64,000 nucleotides of DNA. Source: Polyangiaceae bacterium (GTDB lineage: Bacteria > Myxococcota_A > Polyangia > Polyangiales > Polyangiaceae). Position numbers and translations under genes: made by a program. The stretch lies in assembly GCA_033763455.1 (NCBI GenBank), contig JANRKO010000031.1, forward strand, positions 1-64,000, read 5' to 3'. Positions 56,558-64,000 of this stretch are shown piece by piece (the stretch's first letter is position 1; each line of letters begins with the position of its first letter). The notes below the pieces were generated by a model. That model did not search any database, had not been told where the DNA came from, and worked only from the letters and a program-made list of their open reading frames with translations.

Positions 56558-58285
56558 ATGCTCAGTTTGTTTCGCCAGGGCGGAGTGGCCCAAGTCCTTT
56601 TGGGCGGCGTCGTGCTTACGATTATCTTGGTGTTCGTCCTCGAGTTCCGGCGCGGCGGGGGAACAGACATGGGCACCCTGAAGGAGGAGTGCGCCGTTGA
56701 GGTGCAGGGCTACTGCGTTACGCCGAAGGAGTTCAACGCCGCCTTGGGCTTGGTTTCGGTGCCCGGCCTTGAACCAAAGGAAATGAAGCGCCTCAAGCTT
56801 CAAGAACGCGTGATGGACGGACTTATCGAACGCGAACTGCTGCTCAAAGTCGCAGAAAAGTACGACCTTAGCACCAGCGACGACGCGCTCGACGAAGAGC
56901 TCATTCACGGCCACGCCCACGTCTCTTTACCAGCAGCAGATGCCGCGCAAATCGGCTACTACTTGCTCCTGTGTCGTCACGATCCCGCAGGCCGAGGCTG
57001 CGAACCTGGCGGCCCCACCGAAGTGCGTAAGCTGCGCGTTGAGGGCCCGGATGGTGTATTTGATCCAAAGCTTTACGAGCGTGAGCTTCGTTATCGAGCC
57101 AACCGCGGCCCGAAGGAATTTAAAGAAATGCAGCGGCGCGAAGTCACCGCAGCACGCATGCGCGATTTGGTCCGCACGCGCGTGCAGGTTTCCGACGAAG
57201 AAGCTTTCTCACTGTTTGAAAAAGAGCGTTCCCGCGCCACCGTACGCTACGCACAGTTGAACCGCGATTGGTTTGCAAAATTCGCAGTTGCAGCCTCCAA
57301 AGAAATGGTTGCCACCTGGGCCTCCACGCACGCTTCCGAGGTGGATGCCGCAGTGAAACTGGAGAAAGATCGCTTTAAAGAGAACTGCCCACTCGTAAGT
57401 GAAATCCGCGTAGATTTTCTTCCCGGCGCCTCCGATTCAGACAAGACGCTGACCCGCGAACGGATCGACGCCGCCCTCGACCGCTTGAATAAACCAGGTA
57501 CGAAGGAAACGTTTGCCGACGTTGCGCGTGAGGTGAGTGATGCTCCGAGCAGTATGCTTGGCGGCCGTGTTGGCTGCCTCGACGCGTCCTATGGTGCCGG
57601 CGCCGAGGAGCTGCTGAAGGCCGTTGGGACGCTCAAGCCCGGCAAGAGGTCTGGAGTGGTGGAGACGGAAAACGGCTACCACATCGTGCAGCTCGATGGC
57701 CTCCTTGCCAAAGGCGATATCGACAAGGTGGCTCGAGAGCTCGTGGAGACACGCTTGGCCGTGCAAGCCAGCGCGCAAACCTTGTTGGAGAGCTTTGCAA
57801 AAGCCGCGGTGGAGCAGACACAAGCTGGCCGCCCGTTGAGCGACGTTATAACCGCCCTTGCGCGCGAATACGCCCGCGTACCAAAAAAGAGCGAAACGGC
57901 TCCAGCGCTGGAAGCGGCGAGCCGACCCAAAGTAGAGATCAGCGCGCCATTTGCCATTCGAGATCAACCCATCACCACAGCACTTCCGAGCGAGGCTGTG
58001 GCGCAGAAGGTTTTTGCGCTGAAGAAGGTCGATGAGTTTCTTCCAAGCCCCGTTAAAACCAGCGAGGGCCTCTGCCTCGTGCAACTTAAAGAAAAGGATC
58101 TTGCAACCCGAGCGCAGTTTGACAAGGACAAGGCGCTCCTGATGCGAGGCCTAAAGCAGGTGCGCGCCCAAGAGGCTCTCACGGGCTACGTGGCTGATCT
58201 TCGCAAGAAGGCCGAAAAGGAAATCAAAGTGAACCCGGCTTTCTTGCCTAAGGCAAACGCCAAAGACGCCGAGCCCGCCGGTTGA
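56558..58285 (+). CDS. SurA/PpiD-like periplasmic chaperone with parvulin PPIase domain
   Basis: N-terminal TM, LIERELLLK.A, VSDEE, FADVAREVSD...GG.VG, VETENGYHIV. Confidence 0.88.
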   Translation: MLSLFRQGGVAQVLLGGVVLTIILVFVLEFRRGGGTDMGTLKEECAVEVQGYCVTPKEFNAALGLVSVPGLEPKEMKRLKLQERVMDGLIERELLLKVAEKYDLSTSDDALDEELIHGHAHVSLPAADAAQIGYYLLLCRHDPAGRGCEPGGPTEVRKLRVEGPDGVFDPKLYERELRYRANRGPKEFKEMQRREVTAARMRDLVRTRVQVSDEEAFSLFEKERSRATVRYAQLNRDWFAKFAVAASKEMVATWASTHASEVDAAVKLEKDRFKENCPLVSEIRVDFLPGASDSDKTLTRERIDAALDRLNKPGTKETFADVAREVSDAPSSMLGGRVGCLDASYGAGAEELLKAVGTLKPGKRSGVVETENGYHIVQLDGLLAKGDIDKVARELVETRLAVQASAQTLLESFAKAAVEQTQAGRPLSDVITALAREYARVPKKSETAPALEAASRPKVEISAPFAIRDQPITTALPSEAVAQKVFALKKVDEFLPSPVKTSEGLCLVQLKEKDLATRAQFDKDKALLMRGLKQVRAQEALTGYVADLRKKAEKEIKVNPAFLPKANAKDAEPAG

Positions 58286-58310
58286 TGCAACCGCTCGGCG
58301 TCGAACTGAG

Positions 58311-59603
58311 ATGAAGCCCCTTGCCGCACTTGCCTCCGAGGTAACCCGCCTCGGCTCCGGCCTGACCGTTCACACCATCGCCATGCCCAATGTGCATCGC
58401 ATGGTGCTAAACGCACACCTGCGCATTGGCCCGCGCTTTGAAGCCGCGAAAGATAATGGCCTCAGCCACTTTCTGGAACACATGTTGTTCCGCGGCACTA
58501 CCACGCACCCTTCCGCGCACCTACAGGCCCTCGCCTACGAACGCTTGGGCGGAACGTTACAAGGCGCCACCTACGCGGATCACGGCACCCTTTCGATCAG
58601 TTTTCCTCCTGAGAATTTCGAGCCCATTCTGCAATTGCTCGGCGAAACTATGTTGGCGCCTGTGTTTAGCGCCATCGAAATTGAGCGCGGAATTGTGCGC
58701 GAGGAAATCCTTGAAGGGCTCGATGAAGACGGTCAGCTTGTAGAAGCAGAGACCCTCGTTCGCGCGCTCAGCTTCCAAGATCACCCGCTCAGCTACCCCA
58801 TCATTGGCCAGCGCGATCACCTCGACGGTTTCGACGAAGCAGCCCTCGCGCGGCACCACCGCGCCCACTACACCGCCAATAACTGCGTCATCTCAGTCGC
58901 CGGGCCCTTGGATGCGGAAGCCGTAACACGTGGCGTGGAAAACACATTCCGCGCCCTGCCCCAGGGAGCGGTGCCGCAAAGCCCCCCGCCACCCCAACAA
59001 AAAGGAGCGCGCGCGCGCTTCGTACAACACAACAGCAGCCAAACGGCGCTGCGCCTCGTGTTCCGTGCACCCCAAGAGCACGCGCCCATGGAGCCGGCCT
59101 GCGACATGTTGCTGCGCATTCTCGACGACGGCATGTCGACGCGGCTGTACCACCGGATCTGCGATTCCCAGGGGCTTTGTTACGACGCAAGCGCCGGATA
59201 CGAAACCTATACAGATACCGGCTTAGTGGAGCTCGGGGCAGATGCTTCTCACGAACGGGCACCTTACGTGGCCGAAGAGTTACTGCGCTTGACCGAAGAG
59301 TTGCGGCAAGCTCCGCCACGAGACGCGGAGCTTGCCAAAGCGCGCGCTCGGCTCCGTTGGCAGATGGACATGCTGCTCGATGAACCGGAATCTTGTGCTG
59401 AGTTTTTCGCTCTGGGCGAGCTCTCCGGTCGTCCTGATTCACCTGCCGTACGGTTGGAACAGTTGCTCAGCGTGAGCGCCGCCGACATCCAGGCCGCTGC
59501 AGCTCACGTATTTCAGGGCTCGGGTCTTTCAGGCGTGGCGGTAGGAATGTTGACGCGCAAGCAGCAGCAAGCATTTGAAGAAATGCTCTTGGGCTATCGC
59601 TGA
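58311..59603 (+). CDS. M16 family (pitrilysin-like) zinc peptidase
   Basis: GLSHFLEHMLFRG (HxxEH), ERGIVREE, GMSTRLY..I...GLCY. Confidence 0.93.
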   Translation: MKPLAALASEVTRLGSGLTVHTIAMPNVHRMVLNAHLRIGPRFEAAKDNGLSHFLEHMLFRGTTTHPSAHLQALAYERLGGTLQGATYADHGTLSISFPPENFEPILQLLGETMLAPVFSAIEIERGIVREEILEGLDEDGQLVEAETLVRALSFQDHPLSYPIIGQRDHLDGFDEAALARHHRAHYTANNCVISVAGPLDAEAVTRGVENTFRALPQGAVPQSPPPPQQKGARARFVQHNSSQTALRLVFRAPQEHAPMEPACDMLLRILDDGMSTRLYHRICDSQGLCYDASAGYETYTDTGLVELGADASHERAPYVAEELLRLTEELRQAPPRDAELAKARARLRWQMDMLLDEPESCAEFFALGELSGRPDSPAVRLEQLLSVSAADIQAAAAHVFQGSGLSGVAVGMLTRKQQQAFEEMLLGYR

Positions 59604-59638
59604 GGTTTCCTGGCCGTGCCCCAACGCAGGCCAGCAGC

Positions 59639-60031
59639 CTACCCCGGAAGTCTTCGGCGCATTGAGCGCGGCTCCGCACTCTCTTCCGCGGCATCTTCAC
59701 GCACCAACGTTTCGGCGATGCGTAACACACGCTGTCGTGTAGCGGGGCTGGCTCCGCGTAGGAGCGTGCTCAAACGATCTTCGCGTTGTTTTGGGCGCGT
59801 GGGGGCAACAAAAAGCTCAGCCACGTCCACACCGAGCGCTGCGCTCAAACGCACCAGCGTATCGAGCGAAGGGTTGGCGTTGGCAGACGGCTTATCTCGC
59901 ACCACGCGCTCCAGGCGCGCCACTGTCTCCACGGTAACACCTGCGCGGAGCGCGAGCGTTGCTTGGGTCAGCTCAGCACTCTTCCTCAACTCTCGAACGC
60001 GTTCAGCGAGGAGCAGCGCGACGTCTTTCAT
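59639..60031 (-). CDS. XRE-family HTH transcriptional regulator
   Basis: RVRELRK...LTQATLA.RAGVT..TVARLER, NPSLDTL..LSAALGV. Confidence 0.9.
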   Translation of the reverse strand: MKDVALLLAERVRELRKSAELTQATLALRAGVTVETVARLERVVRDKPSANANPSLDTLVRLSAALGVDVAELFVAPTRPKQREDRLSTLLRGASPATRQRVLRIAETLVREDAAEESAEPRSMRRRLPG

Positions 60032-60369
60032 TCGGGATCACTTCCGGTGTTCTCACGTAGATCAGCCTCTGGCCTTTGTCAGTCAATTTTTTGTGACAAA
60101 GTTTGTGGCATCTAGCCCTCAGCATGGAGAACCAGGCGAGTATTCCGGGTACTACGTGGTGCAGGTCTAGACGTCCACGCGAGGGAATACGGCTGTGGTA
60201 GCACATGTTTCGCGGGAACCACGAACAGTGATGGGTGCCACATTTCACACGCGCACCGGCACACGCAATCTGTAAAGCTAAATCAGTAACAGCACCTGGC
60301 ACGGTGCCTCGCGGAGTAGATGGGCTTCCGGAAGAGTGCACCGCCGCGGTCGAAAAGCTAGCCGCTCAC

Positions 60370-61092
60370 CTAACGCGTGCTCGTGCTTCTTGCACGTTCG
60401 TCGATCGTCGAAAACCGCACGGTTCGAAGCGTGTGGTCGGCCATCACGGTGAGGCGCTCAAACACCTTGCGGAGCGCCCCCGCGCCCTGCTCCTCAGTAA
60501 GGTAAACACCGACGAAACACTGACCAGGCTTTACGGCAACCAACCTAGCGCGAGCAAAGACGGAGCCCTGGCGCTCGGCTTCGGCAAGCGAAAGCGCACC
60601 TCGAAACCCGGTGGGCAGAGAAACTTCTTCGAGCTGAAGCGCCGCGCCAGGCTGATCCAACTCCGGCACTTGACTGGCCATGCTGTGAACTTCCATGAAG
60701 CAATCCTCGAGGGTCGCCAAGCGCGAGGCACGCCAAGTGCGGAGCCAAAGCTCGGAACGCGTCGCGGGGTGCGCCAACGCAAACCAAGGCCCAGTGTGTG
60801 CGCGAAGGCGCCAGCCACGTGCATCAGGCAACGCTACTTGATACTCGCCACTTGGGGCCGAACGTAACGAGAAATGAGCCTCGGGATCGGAAAGAGGATC
60901 GCGTACTTCGGGCTCGGCGGGAGCAGGCGTGTGAGCTACAGGCGCGTTCACCACTTGGGTGCAAGCGGGTAGCTGGCTCACCAGTGCGTTCGCAAACACA
61001 AGGCAGAATCGCGCTCTCCAACACGGGTCGGCCGATGCAAATCTTCTACGACGTTCGCTGGAGGGGGAAGGCATTGTTGAAAGCCTGCGCAA
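60370..61092 (-). CDS. Hypothetical protein, probable lipoprotein
   Basis: Lipobox-like LPAC; start uncertain. Confidence 0.55.
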   Translation of the reverse strand: MRRLSTMPSPSSERRRRFASADPCWRARFCLVFANALVSQLPACTQVVNAPVAHTPAPAEPEVRDPLSDPEAHFSLRSAPSGEYQVALPDARGWRLRAHTGPWFALAHPATRSELWLRTWRASRLATLEDCFMEVHSMASQVPELDQPGAALQLEEVSLPTGFRGALSLAEAERQGSVFARARLVAVKPGQCFVGVYLTEEQGAGALRKVFERLTVMADHTLRTVRFSTIDERARSTSTR

Positions 61093-61171
61093 AGAACCCT
61101 AAAACGAAGCACGTTGCAAGTAGCCCGCCGGGCGCGCCGCCCGCTCACGTTCTAGCCAAAGACTCTTTACT

Positions 61172-61987
61172 ATGGGTTCGGATCTAACAGCGGAAACCTT
61201 TCAGGAAGCATACAGGGCCCTTTTTGCGAGTTTTGCGGAAGCCCAAGAGAACAGCGAGTGCGTCGAATGCGTGGCTTGCAAGGGCTGCGAGAAGTGCACC
61301 TTCTGCTCCGCTAGCAGTGGGCTTATCAGCTGCCACTTCTGCGAGGATTGCGAGGGGTGCACGGAGTGTCAGCACTGTAGCGCTTCCGCTTGGTTAGTCG
61401 GCTGCCAGCACTGCAAACAAAGTCAGCGTTGCAGTTTCAGCTCGTACCTTGTTTTGTGTGCGTCGCTCTCCCGGTGCAACTATTGTTTTGGTTGCGTAGG
61501 GCTCGCCAACGCAGATTATCACATCTTGAATCAACCCTACGAACGTCGAGATTATTTCCGGATCTTGGCGGATCTTGCCCCCGCGCTCGCAGGGTTGCGA
61601 GGTGGACGCGATGGGTTCGCGGCTACGCCGTCGGGCGCAAAGGGCAAACGCCGAGCAGCTCGTGGCACCGCACGCGCCACCTCAGCGAAGGCCTCTACTA
61701 AAGCGAAAATGCCGCCCAAAGCCAACGCCTTGCCCGTTCCAGAACCCAAAGCGAATACCAGAGCCAACGCCTTGCCCGTTCCAGAGCCCAAAGCGAATAC
61801 CAAAGCCAAAACCTCACCCCTGCGAGAACCTAAAGCGCGGACCAAAGCCAAAACCTCACCCCTGAGAGAACCTAAAGCGCGGACCAAAGCCAAAGCCTCA
61901 CCCGTGCGAGAACCTAAAGCGCGGACCAAAGCCGTGCGAGAACCTAAAGCGCGACGATCCAAAACCACCACCCCCAGAACGCCATGA
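61172..61987 (+). CDS. Cys-rich (CxxC-repeat) protein with a basic 14-aa repeat tail
   Basis: About 20 Cys, CNYCFGCVGL....YHILN..Y motif; tail repeats KAKTSPLREPKART. Confidence 0.8.
   Translation: MGSDLTAETFQEAYRALFASFAEAQENSECVECVACKGCEKCTFCSASSGLISCHFCEDCEGCTECQHCSASAWLVGCQHCKQSQRCSFSSYLVLCASLSRCNYCFGCVGLANADYHILNQPYERRDYFRILADLAPALAGLRGGRDGFAATPSGAKGKRRAARGTARATSAKASTKAKMPPKANALPVPEPKANTRANALPVPEPKANTKAKTSPLREPKARTKAKTSPLREPKARTKAKASPVREPKARTKAVREPKARRSKTTTPRTP
61718..61953 (+). repeat. In-frame 42-bp tandem repeat, about 5.5 copies
   Basis: KANALPVPEPKANT-type x2, KAK(T/A)SP(L/V)REPKART x3, plus a partial copy. Confidence 0.85.
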
Positions 61988-62340
61988 CACCCGAGCTCCA
62001 AGAGGGGGCACCCCCAACGGATCCGAACCTTGAGCTTCTCTGGAAGAACACACTGGCTCACTGGGATCTAGATGCGAGCCACAACGCTTTTCTAGAGTAT
62101 GCCAACGAATCCAATCAGCTAGTTCAAGCCGCTGTCTACTACCGTGGGATGGCGGGTGATCATCAACGCGGCTCGGTGGCAACCAAGCGCCTCGCGGCCG
62201 TGACACAGTTGGCTCTGTCGAAGTTGGACACCTCGCGTTCAATCGTGCAGCCCCAAAATTCGCAGGCAGGCAATTGGCTTTTGATCATTGGCTTTGTGGT
62301 GGGTACGGGCGCCCTTCTCCTCTACGCATTCACGCGCTAG
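61984..62340 (+). CDS. Small hypothetical protein with C-terminal TM
   Basis: ATGA overlap; LW...LAHW....HNAFL, AAVYYR pattern; hydrophobic C-terminus. Confidence 0.7.
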   Translation: MTPELQEGAPPTDPNLELLWKNTLAHWDLDASHNAFLEYANESNQLVQAAVYYRGMAGDHQRGSVATKRLAAVTQLALSKLDTSRSIVQPQNSQAGNWLLIIGFVVGTGALLLYAFTR

Positions 62341-62516
62341 GCAGCACACGCTGCTCTGGCAATCACACGGGAATTGTGGGTGGAGCCGCCCCCAGTGTGT
62401 CAGCTTTGCTGGTTGCAACCGAAACTTATTGGGCGTACCTCTTGCGCACAACCTGCGACCTTGGCCGCAAACCTGCGCGGCCCCGAACACTCGTTCGATC
62501 CGGAGTACTGAAGACC

Positions 62517-63053
62517 ATGAAAATGAATCGCCTATTAGCCCTGGCCCTTTCGAGCTTCTTCCTCGCGTGCGCAGCGGATCCACCCCCGCCTGCACAAACG
62601 CCAATGGCCCCGATGGCGCCCGCTTACACCGCTCCGGTGGGTTCGGCTCCACCCCCCGCCGGTCAAGATCCCCAGCAGTCGAACGTCAGTATTTCTGACG
62701 CGATTCGCAAAGCCTGTGGCATCTCCGAGACCGAGGCATATTTCGCGTTCAACTCCTCGAACGTACGCCCTCAAGACAAGGCAGTTCTCAAGAAGCTCGC
62801 CACATGTTTCGCCACAGGCCCACTCAAGGGTAAGCAGATGCGCATCGTAGGCCACGCCGATTCCCGCGGCGAAGACGAATACAACATGGTACTGGGCGAG
62901 AAGCGCGCATCCAACGTCAAAGGCGCCATTGGGCGCGAAGGTCTAGCGCTTGGCCAGATGGAGACCAATTCCCGCGGCGAGATGGACGCCAAAGGCAGCG
63001 ACGAGGCTTCCTGGGAAAAAGACCGGCGCGTCGACATCACCCTCGCCGAATGA
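62517..63053 (+). CDS. pal: OmpA-family / Pal-like peptidoglycan-associated lipoprotein
   Basis: Lipobox FLAC; YFAFNS, GHADSRG..EYNM.LGEKRA, SRGE, DRRV; adjacent to tolQ/tolR. Confidence 0.8.
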   Translation: MKMNRLLALALSSFFLACAADPPPPAQTPMAPMAPAYTAPVGSAPPPAGQDPQQSNVSISDAIRKACGISETEAYFAFNSSNVRPQDKAVLKKLATCFATGPLKGKQMRIVGHADSRGEDEYNMVLGEKRASNVKGAIGREGLALGQMETNSRGEMDAKGSDEASWEKDRRVDITLAE

Positions 63054-63126
63054 GCTCCATGAGCTTCAGCCGTGCTGAGACTTCAAGTCGATTGCTGCCC
63101 GCCTTTGCCAATTCTAAGGAGATAGT

Positions 63127-63834
63127 TTGATGGGTGATCCCACTACGGTAAGCGTTGCGGTTGAGCCTACGCTCAACCCAGTGAAGCTCATATTGGGTGC
63201 ATCCGGCATCGAGCTCGCTGTATTTGCTCTTTTGGCCGTTGCTTCCACTGCGGTTTGGATCATCTGGTTCCTCAAATCGACGCAGCTTCGCGCTATGGCG
63301 GCGGCTCAGCATCGTTTTGAGCGGGCAGCGTCTGAAATCGAAAACGCATCTGATCTTGTGCAGCTAGCCCTCGATCACCGCAACTCGCCGGGTGCCCGCG
63401 TGGTGATTGAGCTCGCCCGCCGCTATCAGCAGAGCACGCCTACGAGTGAACTGCTCTTGGCGGTTGCAAAACGCGCGATTGCCAACGAACAGCAGCGAGC
63501 ATCAAGCTTGATGCCGACGTTGAGTAGCATAGCTTCGGCTTCACCGTTCATTGGCCTGTTCGGTACGGTCTGGGGCATCATGGATGCGTTTATGCGTATT
63601 GGAGCTCAGAAAAGCGCTTCATTACCGGTCGTGGCACCCGCAATCGGGATCGCGCTGATTGCCACGGCGGCCGGTCTCGTAGCAGCCATTCCGGCCACCA
63701 TCGGCTTCAACTACGTGGATGCACGCATCGGTAACCTTCTGGATGAGCTCAACGCCTCTGCTGAGACGTGGGTCGAGACGCTCATGAACGACGCTCGCGC
63801 AACCGGTGCCGCCCCCACCACCCGCCAAGGTTAA
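63127..63834 (+). CDS. tolQ: TolQ/ExbB family proton channel protein
   Basis: [34 protein letters not shown]. Confidence 0.88.
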   Translation: MMGDPTTVSVAVEPTLNPVKLILGASGIELAVFALLAVASTAVWIIWFLKSTQLRAMAAAQHRFERAASEIENASDLVQLALDHRNSPGARVVIELARRYQQSTPTSELLLAVAKRAIANEQQRASSLMPTLSSIASASPFIGLFGTVWGIMDAFMRIGAQKSASLPVVAPAIGIALIATAAGLVAAIPATIGFNYVDARIGNLLDELNASAETWVETLMNDARATGAAPTTRQG

Positions 63835-63839
63835 AACCT

Positions 63840-64000
63840 GTGGGAATCAAGCTAGGTGGAGGCCGCCGGCGCGGCGGATTTCGAGACATCAACGTCACCC
63901 CGCTCGTGGACGTGATGTTGGTGCTCTTGGTTGTATTTATGGTAACCGCGCCACTACTCACCACGGGGCTCAGGATTGATTTGCCTGAAGTGAAGGCCGC
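63840..64000 (+). CDS. tolR: TolR/ExbD family protein, truncated by the window end
   Basis: GTG start; [25 protein letters not shown]...IDLP. Confidence 0.88.
   Translation, partial: MGIKLGGGRRRGGFRDINVTPLVDVMLVLLVVFMVTAPLLTTGLRIDLPEVKA

Overview
A gene-dense, roughly 60% GC bacterial window. Gene content (many Cys-rich lipoproteins, ECF sigma/anti-sigma pairs, sigma54-type promoters, Polyangiaceae-style hypothetical proteins) suggests a myxobacterium of the Sorangiineae/Polyangiaceae type; this taxonomy is inference. Core-like blocks are a MoxR/DUF58/vWA operon running into a degenerate homocysteine methyltransferase-like gene and glutamate-cysteine ligase, DinG/PilZ/SurA-PpiD/M16 peptidase, and OmpA(Pal)-tolQ-tolR. 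They alternate with accessory stretches that hold secreted lipoproteins, an orphan motAB stator, fapA, a MazEF-type toxin-antitoxin pair, AAA-DUF4143 ATPases and many gene fragments with abrupt deletion junctions. No rRNA, tRNA or CRISPR array was seen. The most striking candidate for an undescribed system is an ECF sigma factor fused to a class II phenylalanyl-tRNA-synthetase-like catalytic domain with an altered amino-acid pocket (48455-49648). Other highlights are a CIRCE-like operator upstream of an uncharacterised gene pair, a zinc-less homocysteine methyltransferase pseudoenzyme next to gshA, a response regulator with a histone-H1-like tail, a tandem-knottin-like lipoprotein beside an ECF/anti-sigma/outer-membrane module, and a 39-bp intergenic tandem array. 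All family calls come from motif recognition by eye, not database searches.
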